Shown piece by piece: positions 31,758 to 42,274 of a stretch of 48,526 nt of DNA. This DNA is from an uncultured Nitrososphaeraceae archaeon (lineage in GTDB: Archaea > Thermoproteota > Nitrososphaeria > Nitrososphaerales > Nitrososphaeraceae). The notes below the pieces were generated by a model, which was given only the letters and a program-made list of their open reading frames with translations, had not been told where the DNA came from and did no database searches. The stretch spans positions 1 to 48,526 of the forward strand of contig CAVSMN010000005.1 in NCBI GenBank assembly GCA_963729045.1, written 5' to 3'. The position numbers were made by a program, and so were the translations under genes. Each line of letters starts with the position of its first letter. Positions within the stretch are counted from its first letter, which is position 1.

Positions 31758-32772
31758 ATGAGTAAGACCATATATAAATTTGAAGAAAATTATCCCAAAT
31801 GCATATAAAATCTTGTCTTTTCAAAGCATCCTTCTGCCAGATAGAACCATTAATGATAATCATCAAATAGAATTATACATCAATATTATTTTCACAATTC
31901 ACAACATTTGTTGCCCCGTTCAGCTTAATTCATGCTTATATTGATTATGGCGGCAAAGTAACTCAACTATCGGAAGCATGAATAGGTCAAGGGATATTGT
32001 CTGCACATACAAAAGCAAATTTGATGAACTGGTGACCCAAATGTTTGTTATCTGAGGGTCTTACAGTTAATCAGCTTTCATAACTAATTAGTCTTTTCTT
32101 AGAGTATTGTAGTCCGTTTATCAGTTTTCCTTTTTATGAGGTGAATAACTTGAGTCAAAAATATAAAAACCAACTGAGAGAATTCAAAGTTTTCCGTATT
32201 AATGGAGAGTTATAGGAAAAAGACTTCCACCCAACCTCGAAACGCAAATTCAGTTTAGGATTAATTTAGAACTTGACTTTTCTATCTCCAATCAAATATA
32301 TTTCTATACCTTCAATTAATATTCAAATTGGCTGGGCCTGAAACAGGCCACAAAGAGGAATGTGATCCGGGAATTATTAGTTTCTGGACTAAATGAAAGG
32401 AAATTGCTTGTTTATAGCAATCAAACACCTGTATTTCCCCTTCTCTCAGGTAACTCCCTAGTCGCAATTGCATTGTGATTACGAAATGCTCTTACTAAAA
32501 TTCAGACCTTTCCTTTTTGCATGCTATTTCAGCCTTTTTTAGCATTAGTTTCAATATTTTTGAATTCAATAATAATGAGAGACTAATTCTTTTTGTTTCT
32601 TTTTATCACATGACTCCATTGGGTTATAAGAAAATGATGAAAATACTAGTTAGGCAATAAGTACATTTTAATCCAATAAGCTAATGGCCCGTCATCAATG
32701 CTAGTTTTTTATCACCTGACCTTGTTTGAAACATTCACTATTAAGGTTATTGAGAGAATTACGCCATTGAAA

Positions 32773-33018
32773 TCAACCTTTATCTAAATTTTCTGTCACG
32801 ATCAAGGTCAAAGCAGACCGGAGTTTGTCCAAATTCTTAATTTTCCAAGCAATAATTTCCTTTAGTGTTTCCATCTCGCTTGTAGAAATTCTCACAATAA
32901 TGTCATAAACTCCAAACACTCTATAAACTTCAACTACTTCAGGAACTTTTCTTATTTTCTCTATTATTTCATTCTCCGATCCCAATTCGCAGTTTATGAG
33001 TACATATGCTGAGGGCAT
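32773..33018 (-). CDS. Stand-alone Lrp/AsnC ligand-binding domain protein
   Basis: MPSAYVLINCELGSE.EII..I...PEV.EV..V.GVYDIIVRI...L...I..KI..L...RS.LTLIV. Start at ATG 33018. Confidence 0.92.
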   Translation of the reverse strand: MPSAYVLINCELGSENEIIEKIRKVPEVVEVYRVFGVYDIIVRISTSEMETLKEIIAWKIKNLDKLRSALTLIVTENLDKG

Positions 33019-33510
33019 ATAGTAATAGAACCATACAAAAATAAAAAACATTTCTGCATGGTCAACTGTTAAATTCATTCTAAGATTTGAGCGGAAGTAG
33101 GTAGCATGTTGGTAAAGATAGAAGGTTAAATTCTTAGTAAAGATTAAAACAGCTGCGTGTCAAATTGAATGAACATGTAAGCTATGACAAGGTTTTATTC
33201 AATATGAGGAAATCAACCTTATATTGTGAAATGTTAGAATAATTATTGTTTAACAAGATCATGCGAGGTGGATAATGAACTATGGTAATTCTATATTGTG
33301 TACTAATGATTAGTACGCTGTGACTCACCTCATGAAGAGTATATAACTAGATTACTGCTCAATAAATTAATATTAACTTGGAAAAAAATTAGATAGAATT
33401 TGGTTTCCTTTGTTCCCCGGTTACCCGACTGAAATTATCGTAAAGTTGTTATTAACAGGTTTATTCTAATCATCATGTCAGCTAAGGCAAGACCTATATC
33501 AGTATAAACA

Positions 33511-34084
33511 GGTAAGACGATCGCATAAACTTTTGGGAGGTTAACTTAACGATAATCTATAGCTTGAAGATACTCCATTTCAATCATGATTGGTGAAAGA
33601 AACATAACATCTCCATTGTACATAGAATTCTATCTGTATTTGTCGTTTCTTGGTTTGTGGACCAGAGGTGTTTCCAAAGCAATGTTCTTTTTAAATAAGG
33701 TCAAAGTCATGTAACAATTTGGAAGTGGATTCAGAAATACCATCCTAAAAAGATATTATAAAAAGGAAGATATTTAGAATTCATAGTTGATGAAACATTA
33801 GTTAAGGTGGGTTGAATTATTTGGTTGGGGATGACCGGTTCCGCCTATCTGAGAGCTGCTGCGGTTCGCGATTGTGATCTGGCTCCTACCGACGGTGGCT
33901 GGTACCTGGCTGCGGTTCGGACTCTCTACTTCTCTAGAGAAGTACTTGAAGAACTATGCACGTACCAATATATGATGAAGATGTTCTATTTCCTTGTACT
34001 GGACATACTGGAAATAGACCATCTTTAAATATAGATTTATTGTTAAGTTAACAGAGCCGGTAAGACGATCGCATAAACTTTTGG
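33511..34084 (+). repeat. 26-bp exact direct repeat flanking the IS6 remnant
   Basis: GGTAAGACGATCGCATAAACTTTTGG at 33511-33536 and 34059-34084. Confidence 0.95.
33537..34058 (+). mobile_element. Degenerate IS6-family element (~520 bp) with terminal inverted repeats
   Basis: Left GTTAACTTAACGATAATCTAT (33540-33560) matches the right end read inward, GGCTCTGTTAACTTAACAATAAATCTAT (34058-34031). Broken transposase from ATG 33586: LYL.FLGL..R, SHVTIWKWIQKY, FIVDETLVKVG, TDGGWY, RTM...FPC. The stop lies inside the right TIR. Confidence 0.88.
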
Positions 34085-34899
34085 TGGGGCTCCTGTATCT
34101 ACACCAATTTTTTTTGACCACCCTTTGATCTATTTGATTCATTCCGAGATATTAAGCTAGAAATTCCGTCTACAAACAAAGCAATACCCAAGAGTAACCA
34201 CAAATAAACCTGCTTCGACTGGATATGTCCGTTTAATCAAAGTAATGATTGTAACACTGATTGTAAACTGTTGCTTAAATATCGAGACTTGTCAGAGAAT
34301 ACTATGCCTTTGGTTATTTTTTCTGTTCCTGCAAATAACAACAAGATGTCAAGAAAGAGCATATTAGATATTGACCTGTAAGAGAATTTGTCGGTATATT
34401 GATTTATTATGATAAAATAATAACCCTTCGTCCAATTTGGACCATCCTAACCCAGGTGGTCGATTTCTCAAGGATCAATATACCACATGCAAAATCTGCC
34501 CTAAATAAATATCATGAAACATCAATATGATAACAACATTTTTTTATTTGAAACACATCTTCTCCAAGTGGAAGGCATTTCATGCTTATCAAATTGTTTA
34601 ATTATGCATGTCATATTAAATCATTAAGGTTAGATCTTGATTCTGTATGGTGACAATTACAATATCATTTTATATATCAAGATTATCCTTCAAAACATCA
34701 TTAACCATTTTACTGCAAACCAAAGGTGGATCCGATGTTTTTTTCAAAATCCTTACATAATTACCCCAAGAATTAACCAGTGTCTAAATAATAGTATAAA
34801 ATAGAGAATAGGTAAACCATAAACAATATCTTCCTATCTTTGATATATGGGTAGTAAAAATGAAAAGCTATTTTTATTCAAAAGAATACCTTGCCAAAT

Positions 34900-35281
34900 T
34901 CACATTATTCCTAACAGGTCTTGCTTTGAAAATTTCAAGCGTACAATAATGCCTAGTAAAATTATCAAACCAATTTGAAGAACTTTTATGTTCACTGCTG
35001 TCTCACTTATAGGACCGTCTCATCCAGTAGTTGGTAAAATAGTGGTCATTGTTATTGTCCTAACCAATGAGAATGACATAGGTCCAATAATACCTCACTA
35101 AATCCTATGTTTTACATTAGTTTCTAATGATAGAAACAATCCGGTAGACCAGAGTCAAGTCAACTATCAGAAAAAGGATTGCAGAATGGGTAAAATTGAA
35201 GGTAACATGTATGGGTGATAGACCCACAGCCAGATCTGTGCTGATCGTGGCCTCATTCGATAGTATGGTAACCAGCTTCAT
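34900..35281 (-). pseudogene. Heavily decayed 4-TM membrane protein gene
   Basis: Segments FFLIVDLTLVYRIVSIIRN*...GIIG...IT...PTTG*DGPISETAVNIKVLQIGLIILLGII resemble a Nitrososphaeraceae membrane family recalled from memory. Multiple stops and a frameshift. Confidence 0.4.
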
Positions 35282-35471
35282 GTGTTCCTAAATCAAAAAT
35301 TATAATAAGAAGGTGCAAATCCTCAAAGACTTTTAATATTTCTACGCCATATGACTGATAAGGGCTAGATCCAAAATAAAAGCAATTAGACCGAGATCAA
35401 TTCATCTTTGACTCACTCGAAACAAATCCTATAGTCTTCAAGAAATTCTTTTATAGGACAATAAACACTAA

Positions 35472-36065
35472 TTGACGATGAAACAAGCTTTCATATATAC
35501 TAAGTCCTTTTTGGCTCTTGTAGTTGGTTTGGGCGCCATTATTACTCTGTTATCATCTGGAGTAGCTCAAGGTCAGGATAGTAATTTATCTCAGAATGAA
35601 CCATTAAAATCAACCGATAATACAACAAGCGGAGGGAATGAGTCCATGTTCATTAGTATTCCTGTTGAAAAAGGCTATGTTAATGGAAATTTATCATATT
35701 TTATAAGTACAGATGCATCTGAAGAAAGGATTGTTTCCTCAGTAACAAATACGACCAAATTTGACGTTAATTATGCACCGACTCTCAGCAATACATCGGA
35801 AATTGCTCGTCAACAGGGTTATGTATTTACAAATGGAATATTAGGGAACGGTACTTTTGAACATCAATTACCAGTTGCATCAGCAACTTCCGGAGATGAA
35901 GGATATAGTCCCTTATTTGAAATAAATTATGTGAAATGGAATAACGAATCTCAAGCAAGAATCTTAAAATCTACCGCTGATATAATAGATGCACAGTCAA
36001 AGGGTGAAATCTCTATAGAAAAATCAAACGTAATCATAAATAGTCCGGCCGTGAAGATTAATTAA
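35472..36065 (+). CDS. Secreted DUF7482-like protein
   Basis: Signal peptide, YFISTDAS, YAP.L, YVFTNG..G.G.F..Q..V, D.GYSPL.....V.W, ILKS..DI..A...GEI, INSP. Confidence 0.8.
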   Translation: MTMKQAFIYTKSFLALVVGLGAIITLLSSGVAQGQDSNLSQNEPLKSTDNTTSGGNESMFISIPVEKGYVNGNLSYFISTDASEERIVSSVTNTTKFDVNYAPTLSNTSEIARQQGYVFTNGILGNGTFEHQLPVASATSGDEGYSPLFEINYVKWNNESQARILKSTADIIDAQSKGEISIEKSNVIINSPAVKIN

Positions 36066-36349
36066 TTCCATAATTTTTTTTAATTTTGAGGTATAGTTTG
36101 GAACTTTAACCTATGGGTTAAAAAAAATAGATCTATTGATTCAATTCCCGGTTAAATAATTTTTCCGAATATTGCTATATTAATAGGCGAATAACCAGTA
36201 GAGAAGTTTAAGGTTTTTCAAAGACATATTATCGTACTATGATTCAAACTACAATCAAGTATAGGATCACGTAAGAGTATTGAGGTTTATTAGCCTGAAT
36301 AATTTCCATATGATGATCTGAAAATTCATTTAAAAGTTTAATAGGCCTT

Positions 36350-38544
36350 TTGAATATCCAAAGAAAAAGAGAATCATTGCGGCCTTTGTATTTTTTTGTG
36401 GCACTGCTATCTGTAATAGCAATTGCAAATCTCGCAATCATTCTTGCAGATTCAGACAGCAGAATAATTTATTCTAGTTGGATGTTGATTATTAATTCAT
36501 CGATCGCTGCAGGATTATCTTTGATAGCCCTAATAAAGGATAGGTCCAACATAAAAAAAGACAAGACGGCAATACATCTTACCATAGGGCTTGTATTTTG
36601 GTTCATAGCAAATATAATTTGGGGATATTATGAAATAGTCCTTGATATAGTATCCCCTGTACCATCACTAGCTGATTTATTCTTATTGTCTGCTTATGGT
36701 TTTTTGATCTACAGATTACTAGTGACTTATAAAAAACTTGGAGAAATAACGAACAAGAAAATAATTTACCTTGTGTCTATTGGGACAGGCTTATTTCTTG
36801 TTTATATTCTAAACTTAATGCTTAGTCTAACAGAAATTTCCAATTTTAGGGGCTTAATGCTATTCATAGTTACTATAGCTTATCCAATTTTGAACTCAAT
36901 TCTTACAGTTCTAGCGCTAACTATCCTTCTCAATCTCAAAAATGAAAAACATCATTTCATACCTTGGATATGCGAGTTAGTCGGCCTATTAGCCATAGTT
37001 ATTGGAGATAGCTGGTTTGCTATTATAGTATTGACGGCTTTTGTAGAACAGATTTGGATATCAGCCATCTTGCTCTCTGCTCACTATTTACTGATTGCTG
37101 GAGGCTTAGTTTGGTATCTGCGCCACTACAGCACTTGGGATCTGCATATATCAGATAACCCTGTAACTAAAAAAAATTACAAAAATATTTTCAATTAAGG
37201 CTATCTTTTTATTCATCTTACCGGCAGCCTGTGTTGTTTTGATTATTTTGTTTTTGCCAATGAATTTTTCATCTTTAGCAAATCAAGTAGGAGTATCATG
37301 GATTTATCCAACATTTCATGAACCTATCCAAACGAATAGGACCTATGAAGAGTACATAGTTGGAGCAATCATCCCACAATCAGGTTCATTGTCTTCTATA
37401 GGAAAACCTGTTCTTTCTTCACTTGAACAGGCCGAAAACGACGTTAATGGATATTTTGAATCCCATAATTCATCATCCAGAGTCAAATTAATGGTAGCAG
37501 ATTCAAAAACTAGTCCAGAAGAATCCCTCTCGGCAATTAAGAAGTTATATTCATCTGGAGCGAGAGTGATTGTTGGTCCCGCTACGAGCACTGCCGTTTC
37601 TGCAGTCCTTGATTTCGCAAATGAAAAAAATATTACACTCCTGAGCTATGCTAGCACCTCCCCAAAGCTTTCAATAGCCGGAGATAGTCTTTTTAGATTA
37701 GTACCAGACGATAAAAGCCAAGGTAAAGTTATTGCTGAGAAGATGAGGGATGATGGTATCAAAGTTATCGTTCCTTTCTGGAGAGCAGATATTTACGGTA
37801 ACGAGTTGGCCAATGCCACCAAATATTATTTTGAAAAATTAGGAGGCATAGCAGAAGAAGGGGTCAATTACAAACCACATACCGGAAAATTTGCTACTAG
37901 CTTACACAGGATTAACTTTATCATGTGGAATCAAGAACTCAAAAAGATGAATACTATGGTATCTGATGCCATAACAAAATACGGTAAGGAATCCGTTGGT
38001 GTTTATATCATTTCTTACGATGAAATTACACCGATATTGATCCAGGCCCAATTGTTTGATAATCTTGGTAAGATAAGGTGGTATGGAAGTGATAGTGTCG
38101 CTGAGAACCACCATCTCACGAAAAATATAGACTCTGCGAACTTCGCTACACAGACTGGATTCATAAATCCATTATTTTCAGTTGGCACGGATAATCAAAC
38201 AGCACATGAGTTTGAGAGCAGAATCTGGTGGAGGTGAAGGCGGGGAACATGATAGCTCTATGACCTATGCAGCCACCGCATATGACTCTTTTTGGATTGC
38301 CTCAAAAAGTTTGGAAAAAAATTCTACTATGGATAGGGATAGTGGAGATTTGAACAAGAAAGACTTCGAAAAGATATTAATAGAAACTGCCGAATCATAC
38401 GATGGTATTACTGGTAAAATAGATTTAAACTTGGCAGGGGATAGAATAAGTGAAAATTATGATTTTTGGCACGTTGTCAAAGACAATTCGACTGGTGGAT
38501 TCAAGTGGGAGGCTGAATCTAATGATTTAGATCCTAAACACTAA
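36350..38544 (+). CDS. Multi-pass (about 9 TM) membrane protein fused to a type-1 periplasmic-binding (LivJ/Venus-flytrap-like) domain; split by two 1-nt insertions (~37172 A8 run and ~38217)
   Basis: ORF 36350-37198 has 8 hydrophobic helices including W..YE...P.PSLAD.F.L.AY. The frame of ORF 37239 opens right at the A8 run (37169-37176) and adds a 9th helix. GAIIPQSG.LS..G, IVGPATS, SYASTSP.LS, FRLVPDD..QG and YAA.AYD...G.TG.I.L...GDR span ORFs 37239-38237 and 38182-38544. Confidence 0.8.
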
Positions 38545-38662
38545 ACAGACTATTAAAATTCAAAATTACTTGATAGTTCAAATAATGAAAGAATTAGGTA
38601 TTTTTGGAATAAAGTCCTTGACACAGTGTTCTTATATATTTGAATCTCGTATATATCCAGTT

Positions 38663-38836
38663 ATGATGTCAAATATTATGAAATGCAAATGTGGTACTAG
38701 AGACATTATAAAAGCAAAAAATAATGAATCGGTAGAACATTTCATGCTTAATAAGAAATGCCCGAGATGCGGGACGGTAGGTGCGTGGAGACAACTTTCC
38801 CAGGATGAATATATGTGGGAGAAAGCCAAGAGTTAG
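38663..38836 (+). CDS. Small zinc-ribbon protein (57 aa)
   Basis: MKCKCG...KKCPRCG..G.W. Start placed at ATG 38663, downstream of a TTATATAT box. Confidence 0.75.
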   Translation: MMSNIMKCKCGTRDIIKAKNNESVEHFMLNKKCPRCGTVGAWRQLSQDEYMWEKAKS

Positions 38837-38967
38837 ACGAATTTAGCAATAGTCATCACATCCCTAATTCCAACATTATCGAATTTGTTAATTGGAAAAT
38901 CCAATTGATCCCAAGGAATATGTTTGGGATTATGTTAATAGGAAAAGAACACAGGTTTGCATAATTG

Positions 38968-39168
38968 TTATTTTTTATATGAGTGATTTTTTCGTATGTG
39001 ATCCTTTAGTTTATCCATATCTGAGAACTTTTCTCCACAGTTTGAGCAATCATAAGACTGGTTATTAGAATGATACAAAAGCTGATGATGCATTGCATCC
39101 TCGATTTTTCGAAATCTCCTTCCACAGGTATCACACCTGTGCTTCTTAAACAATGACAAAAAATCCAT
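38968..39168 (-). CDS. C2H2-type zinc finger protein (two fingers)
   Basis: CDTCGRRF...EDAMHHQLLYH and YDCSNCGEKF...KLKDHIRKNH. Confidence 0.9.
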   Translation of the reverse strand: MDFLSLFKKHRCDTCGRRFRKIEDAMHHQLLYHSNNQSYDCSNCGEKFSDMDKLKDHIRKNHSYKK

Positions 39169-39438
39169 AAGTTACCTTAAAGCTTACTATCTAATTATTT
39201 AACAATTATTTTCCTTATACGACATTAGATATATTTCGTTTTAACTGCAATATTTACCTCATCACCAGAAGGCCATGATGAAATGATGATGTATTTTTAT
39301 TCGAGAAAGCAATCTGGTTCTGCTAGAATTCCATCTTTAGTAGTTTCAAGGATGATAAATTTGTCAATAAATTGAGAAAATTAATGTATCTTAATAATAC
39401 AGATTTGTTATGTCTAGTTGATATTACTAAAAGTTAAA

Positions 39439-39579
39439 TCATTTTTTGTCCAAAGACAAAACGATTTCCTCAATGGCCTGGCTAGAGTTTAACATTCCAT
39501 TCTTCTTGGCATATTCTTCTAGTAATTTTATTTGTCCGGGAGTAAAACATATTGGCATAGAACGTCTTTCATTATTCAT
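39439..39579 (-). CDS. 46-aa ribbon-helix-helix-like protein
   Basis: MNNERRSMPICFTPGQIKLLEEYAKKNGMLNSSQAIEEIVLSLDKK*: strand-helix-G-helix pattern of CopG/RHH proteins. Missed by the ORF track. Confidence 0.75.
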   Translation of the reverse strand: MNNERRSMPICFTPGQIKLLEEYAKKNGMLNSSQAIEEIVLSLDKK

Positions 39580-39683
39580 ATAATTTTAAGATAATTGACC
39601 TGATATTAAAATTTTATTGCATACTGGTCAAGCTGTTTCACCAAGATAATCATCGTTTTCCTGTAAAATTAGATAACAATATT

Positions 39684-40010
39684 CTACCTTTTGAGGATAT
39701 TAATTATTAAAGCCTCCCCCACTTGAGGTTTTCCATACGTCTCGTAATTTCGTTTAGGCATCGTGATAATAATGCTAGTTTGAGGGTAAGATTGAATCAA
39801 AGTCTGTGGTTGTGCTCTTAACATGGCTTCCATTATTGGTTGTAGTTGCTCCTTCATCTCCTTATCAGGGATTGCTCTGTTTATGGCTTCTAGCATCATC
39901 TGTTGCTGTGAAACCGGCTCAAGTTCGATATCCTCCACTAATGTAAGAGTAACAGAAACGCCATTATCACTCAAATTTTTAATTTTATAAACATTCTCAC
40001 GAATTTCCAT
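39684..40010 (-). CDS. Conserved hypothetical protein
   Basis: 108-aa ORF downstream of mce with beta-helix-beta layout and a C-terminal I.I.M....YE..GKP.VGE motif. Confidence 0.75.
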   Translation of the reverse strand: MEIRENVYKIKNLSDNGVSVTLTLVEDIELEPVSQQQMMLEAINRAIPDKEMKEQLQPIMEAMLRAQPQTLIQSYPQTSIIITMPKRNYETYGKPQVGEALIINILKR

Positions 40011-40108
40011 TTAAGATCAGTAAATATCCTTTTTATTTAATCTTAATCATCACCTATTATCAAACTAGATAATTAAATAAAACAAGAGGATAATGAATTT
40101 ACCATGAT

Positions 40109-40507
40109 TTAATGAGGAGGTGCTTGACAAAACTCTACAAGTACACCATTAAGAGATTTAGGATGGATGAAAGTAATTTTGCGTCCATATGACCCGGTTC
40201 TCAATTCCCCCAAAAATCGCATGCCATTCTCTTTAGCATGATTAACATCATTTTCTATTTCATCTGCAGTAATCGCTATATGGTGAATTCCTTCACCCCT
40301 TTCCTTTAAGAATTTACTGATCGGGCTAGTATCTTCTAAAGGTTCAATCAATTCTAGTCGAGTGTCTTCCAAATTCAACATTACTACTTTTACCTTCTCA
40401 TTTGGGACTTCTTCTACATCAATATTGTCAATTTTTAAGATTTTTTTGTAATTCTCGAGAGCTCTATCTGCATCATTCACAGCTATCGCTATATGATCCA
40501 CACGCAT
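40109..40507 (-). CDS. mce: Methylmalonyl-CoA epimerase
   Basis: DHIAIAV, LELIEP....SPISKFL..RGEGIHHIA, R.G..G.KI.FIHPKS..GVLVE. Enzyme of the thaumarchaeal 3HP/4HB cycle. Confidence 0.95.
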   Translation of the reverse strand: MRVDHIAIAVNDADRALENYKKILKIDNIDVEEVPNEKVKVVMLNLEDTRLELIEPLEDTSPISKFLKERGEGIHHIAITADEIENDVNHAKENGMRFLGELRTGSYGRKITFIHPKSLNGVLVEFCQAPPH

Positions 40508-41108
40508 AATAGGATATAAAAAAAGTAGTATATATTATAAGCAATAAATTTTATTAATTGATCCAACAGAAAAGACTTATCCCTTGATAATGCGATTTAG
40601 AATCTATAGATCATGGCTTTCATCCACTCAGGATTATTTGCTTTATTTTGATGAATTTTACTTTCAAGATTCCAATGCAAAGAATATGCTTGATAAATTG
40701 CATTTTACTAATGATAATGTGAATTAAGGAAAAGTGACTCCAAGTCATTTTCAATGAAATATCCAAATGGGTTGAGCATAGACAGGTTGTTTTCTAAACA
40801 ATAACAAAGGCAATAATTATTATTTTTTCAACCATCATATTGTAGAAACCAATGGATTTGAAAGCAAAAATCCAATCTGAATTCTCTTTTGACAGGGTTC
40901 TAGGTTTTCGCTCTATTCAAGACAGTAAAGTAGTCTGATAGCGTTAAAGGTAAGATGTAATATTCTATTGATATTTAGGGTAGCAAAAAAAATTCAAATT
41001 TTGATAAAGGAAATAAGATAGAGGTTATTGCCAGTAGCCAATTGGCGAACAACAATGTAAGTTTTGATAAAAAACAAATTTATCTAATAATTAATAGAAA
41101 CTAATTAT

Positions 41109-41834
41109 ATGAACAGAGGAGCGATCCATTTACTGGTATTTACGCTATTTACTTCAATTCTATTGACTTTGTCTGTAGCCCAAACTAGTCACTCCACAGG
41201 TAACGTCTCAAAGCCTTTTCTGGCAAATTCAACAATTCTTCCTGGATACATTAACTGTTTGATATCGTATACAACGAATCAGTGTAGTGAATGTCCACCT
41301 AACTGTATTACATACAAGGCTAGTAATTTTATCATTGATAATAAGGATTTGGCTTCCAATGTGGACAAGGTATTTGAAAAATCCTTAAGACAAATATCAA
41401 TTATTAAATCCGCAGACATAAATACCAATCATACAAAGACAGCAATTATTTATTTGCAAAGTCTTTTGCTAAAAAACAATATCAAACCGTCCGAACTAAC
41501 TCTAATTACCGACATTTTTAATGATATTAATCAGACAAATTCAACTACAACCCTAGGAAAAACCCTTCATGATAAAATTAAAGAATTAGAAATGAAAAAG
41601 GATTCTAGCCCAATCGCCATTTCCATTGTAAATATTACTTCAAAGGGTGTCGATTTATTAGTAGATTCAGATAGCATCATTCACAGAATTCAAGGATATC
41701 CGGATCTTCCATACGACCTCAATGAGCAAAAGGAATGGATTAACGGTATCCTCTCCGGTACTATTGTAGGATGTGAGATCTCTGGTGTGTTGGGTTGCCT
41801 AATGGCATCTATAATAACTTCAGGAATAGTTTAG
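41109..41834 (+). CDS. Secreted/membrane hypothetical protein with C-terminal Gly-zipper-like hydrophobic hairpin
   Basis: Signal peptide, Cys cluster C..CSECPPNC, helical middle, tail GILSGTIVGCEISGVLGCLMASIITSG. Confidence 0.75.
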   Translation: MNRGAIHLLVFTLFTSILLTLSVAQTSHSTGNVSKPFLANSTILPGYINCLISYTTNQCSECPPNCITYKASNFIIDNKDLASNVDKVFEKSLRQISIIKSADINTNHTKTAIIYLQSLLLKNNIKPSELTLITDIFNDINQTNSTTTLGKTLHDKIKELEMKKDSSPIAISIVNITSKGVDLLVDSDSIIHRIQGYPDLPYDLNEQKEWINGILSGTIVGCEISGVLGCLMASIITSGIV

Positions 41835-41845
41835 GCAGGATCAAT

Positions 41846-42274
41846 TCATAGATATGTAGACAAGGGTATTGAAACGTAAACTATTTTTTTTGGTCTGATC
41901 TTTAATATTACTCTTCTTTCCTCTGGTTTACTTATCGGATATTTATCTAGGTTCAAATATTTTTTTGACAGTTTGTTGAAATGATGGTCCGCCCCTTCGG
42001 TTGTCTTATCGACCACATTCCCTATAATTGATGCAGTTTCATATGGGTTTGCCATGCTAAAGATCGACAAGCCTATCCTATCATTGATTATTGTATTTTT
42101 TTCCTTTGACCTTCCCAAGGCCGTGTTTACTAATAAATCATGATTCTCATCATAATCAATCCAAATTGGAGTGACTTGAGGATAACCATTAGGCATTATA
42201 GTAGCAAGAGATGCAAAATTTCTTCCATTTAAGAGGGCTAATACTTCATTACTAAACACAATTTTCTGTATCAT
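41846..42274 (-). CDS. PPOX-class F420-dependent oxidoreductase / pyridoxamine 5'-phosphate oxidase family
   Basis: NFASLAT..PNG.PQVTPIWID...LVNT..GR.K.KN...NPY...KL.KKY.....YP....E.RV...I.P. Start placed at ATG 42274. Confidence 0.92.
   Translation of the reverse strand: MIQKIVFSNEVLALLNGRNFASLATIMPNGYPQVTPIWIDYDENHDLLVNTALGRSKEKNTIINDRIGLSIFSMANPYETASIIGNVVDKTTEGADHHFNKLSKKYLNLDKYPISKPEERRVILKIRPKKIVYVSIPLSTYL

Noticed and set aside
32330..32570. Possible universal-stress-protein remnant on the minus strand
   Set aside because: Similarity is too faint, with several stops. Cannot be supported by eye.
32634..32720. C/D-box sRNA candidate (ATGATGA ... CTGA); also ATGATGA runs near 39276-39292
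   Set aside because: Spacing is too long or the D box is missing, and there are no clear internal C'/D' boxes.
33511..34084. 26-bp repeat as a CRISPR repeat
   Set aside because: Two copies 522 bp apart with an IS remnant between them. No array periodicity.
33825..34142. ORFs 33825-34028 and 33954-34142 as independent genes
   Set aside because: Explained by the IS6 remnant and its antisense strand.
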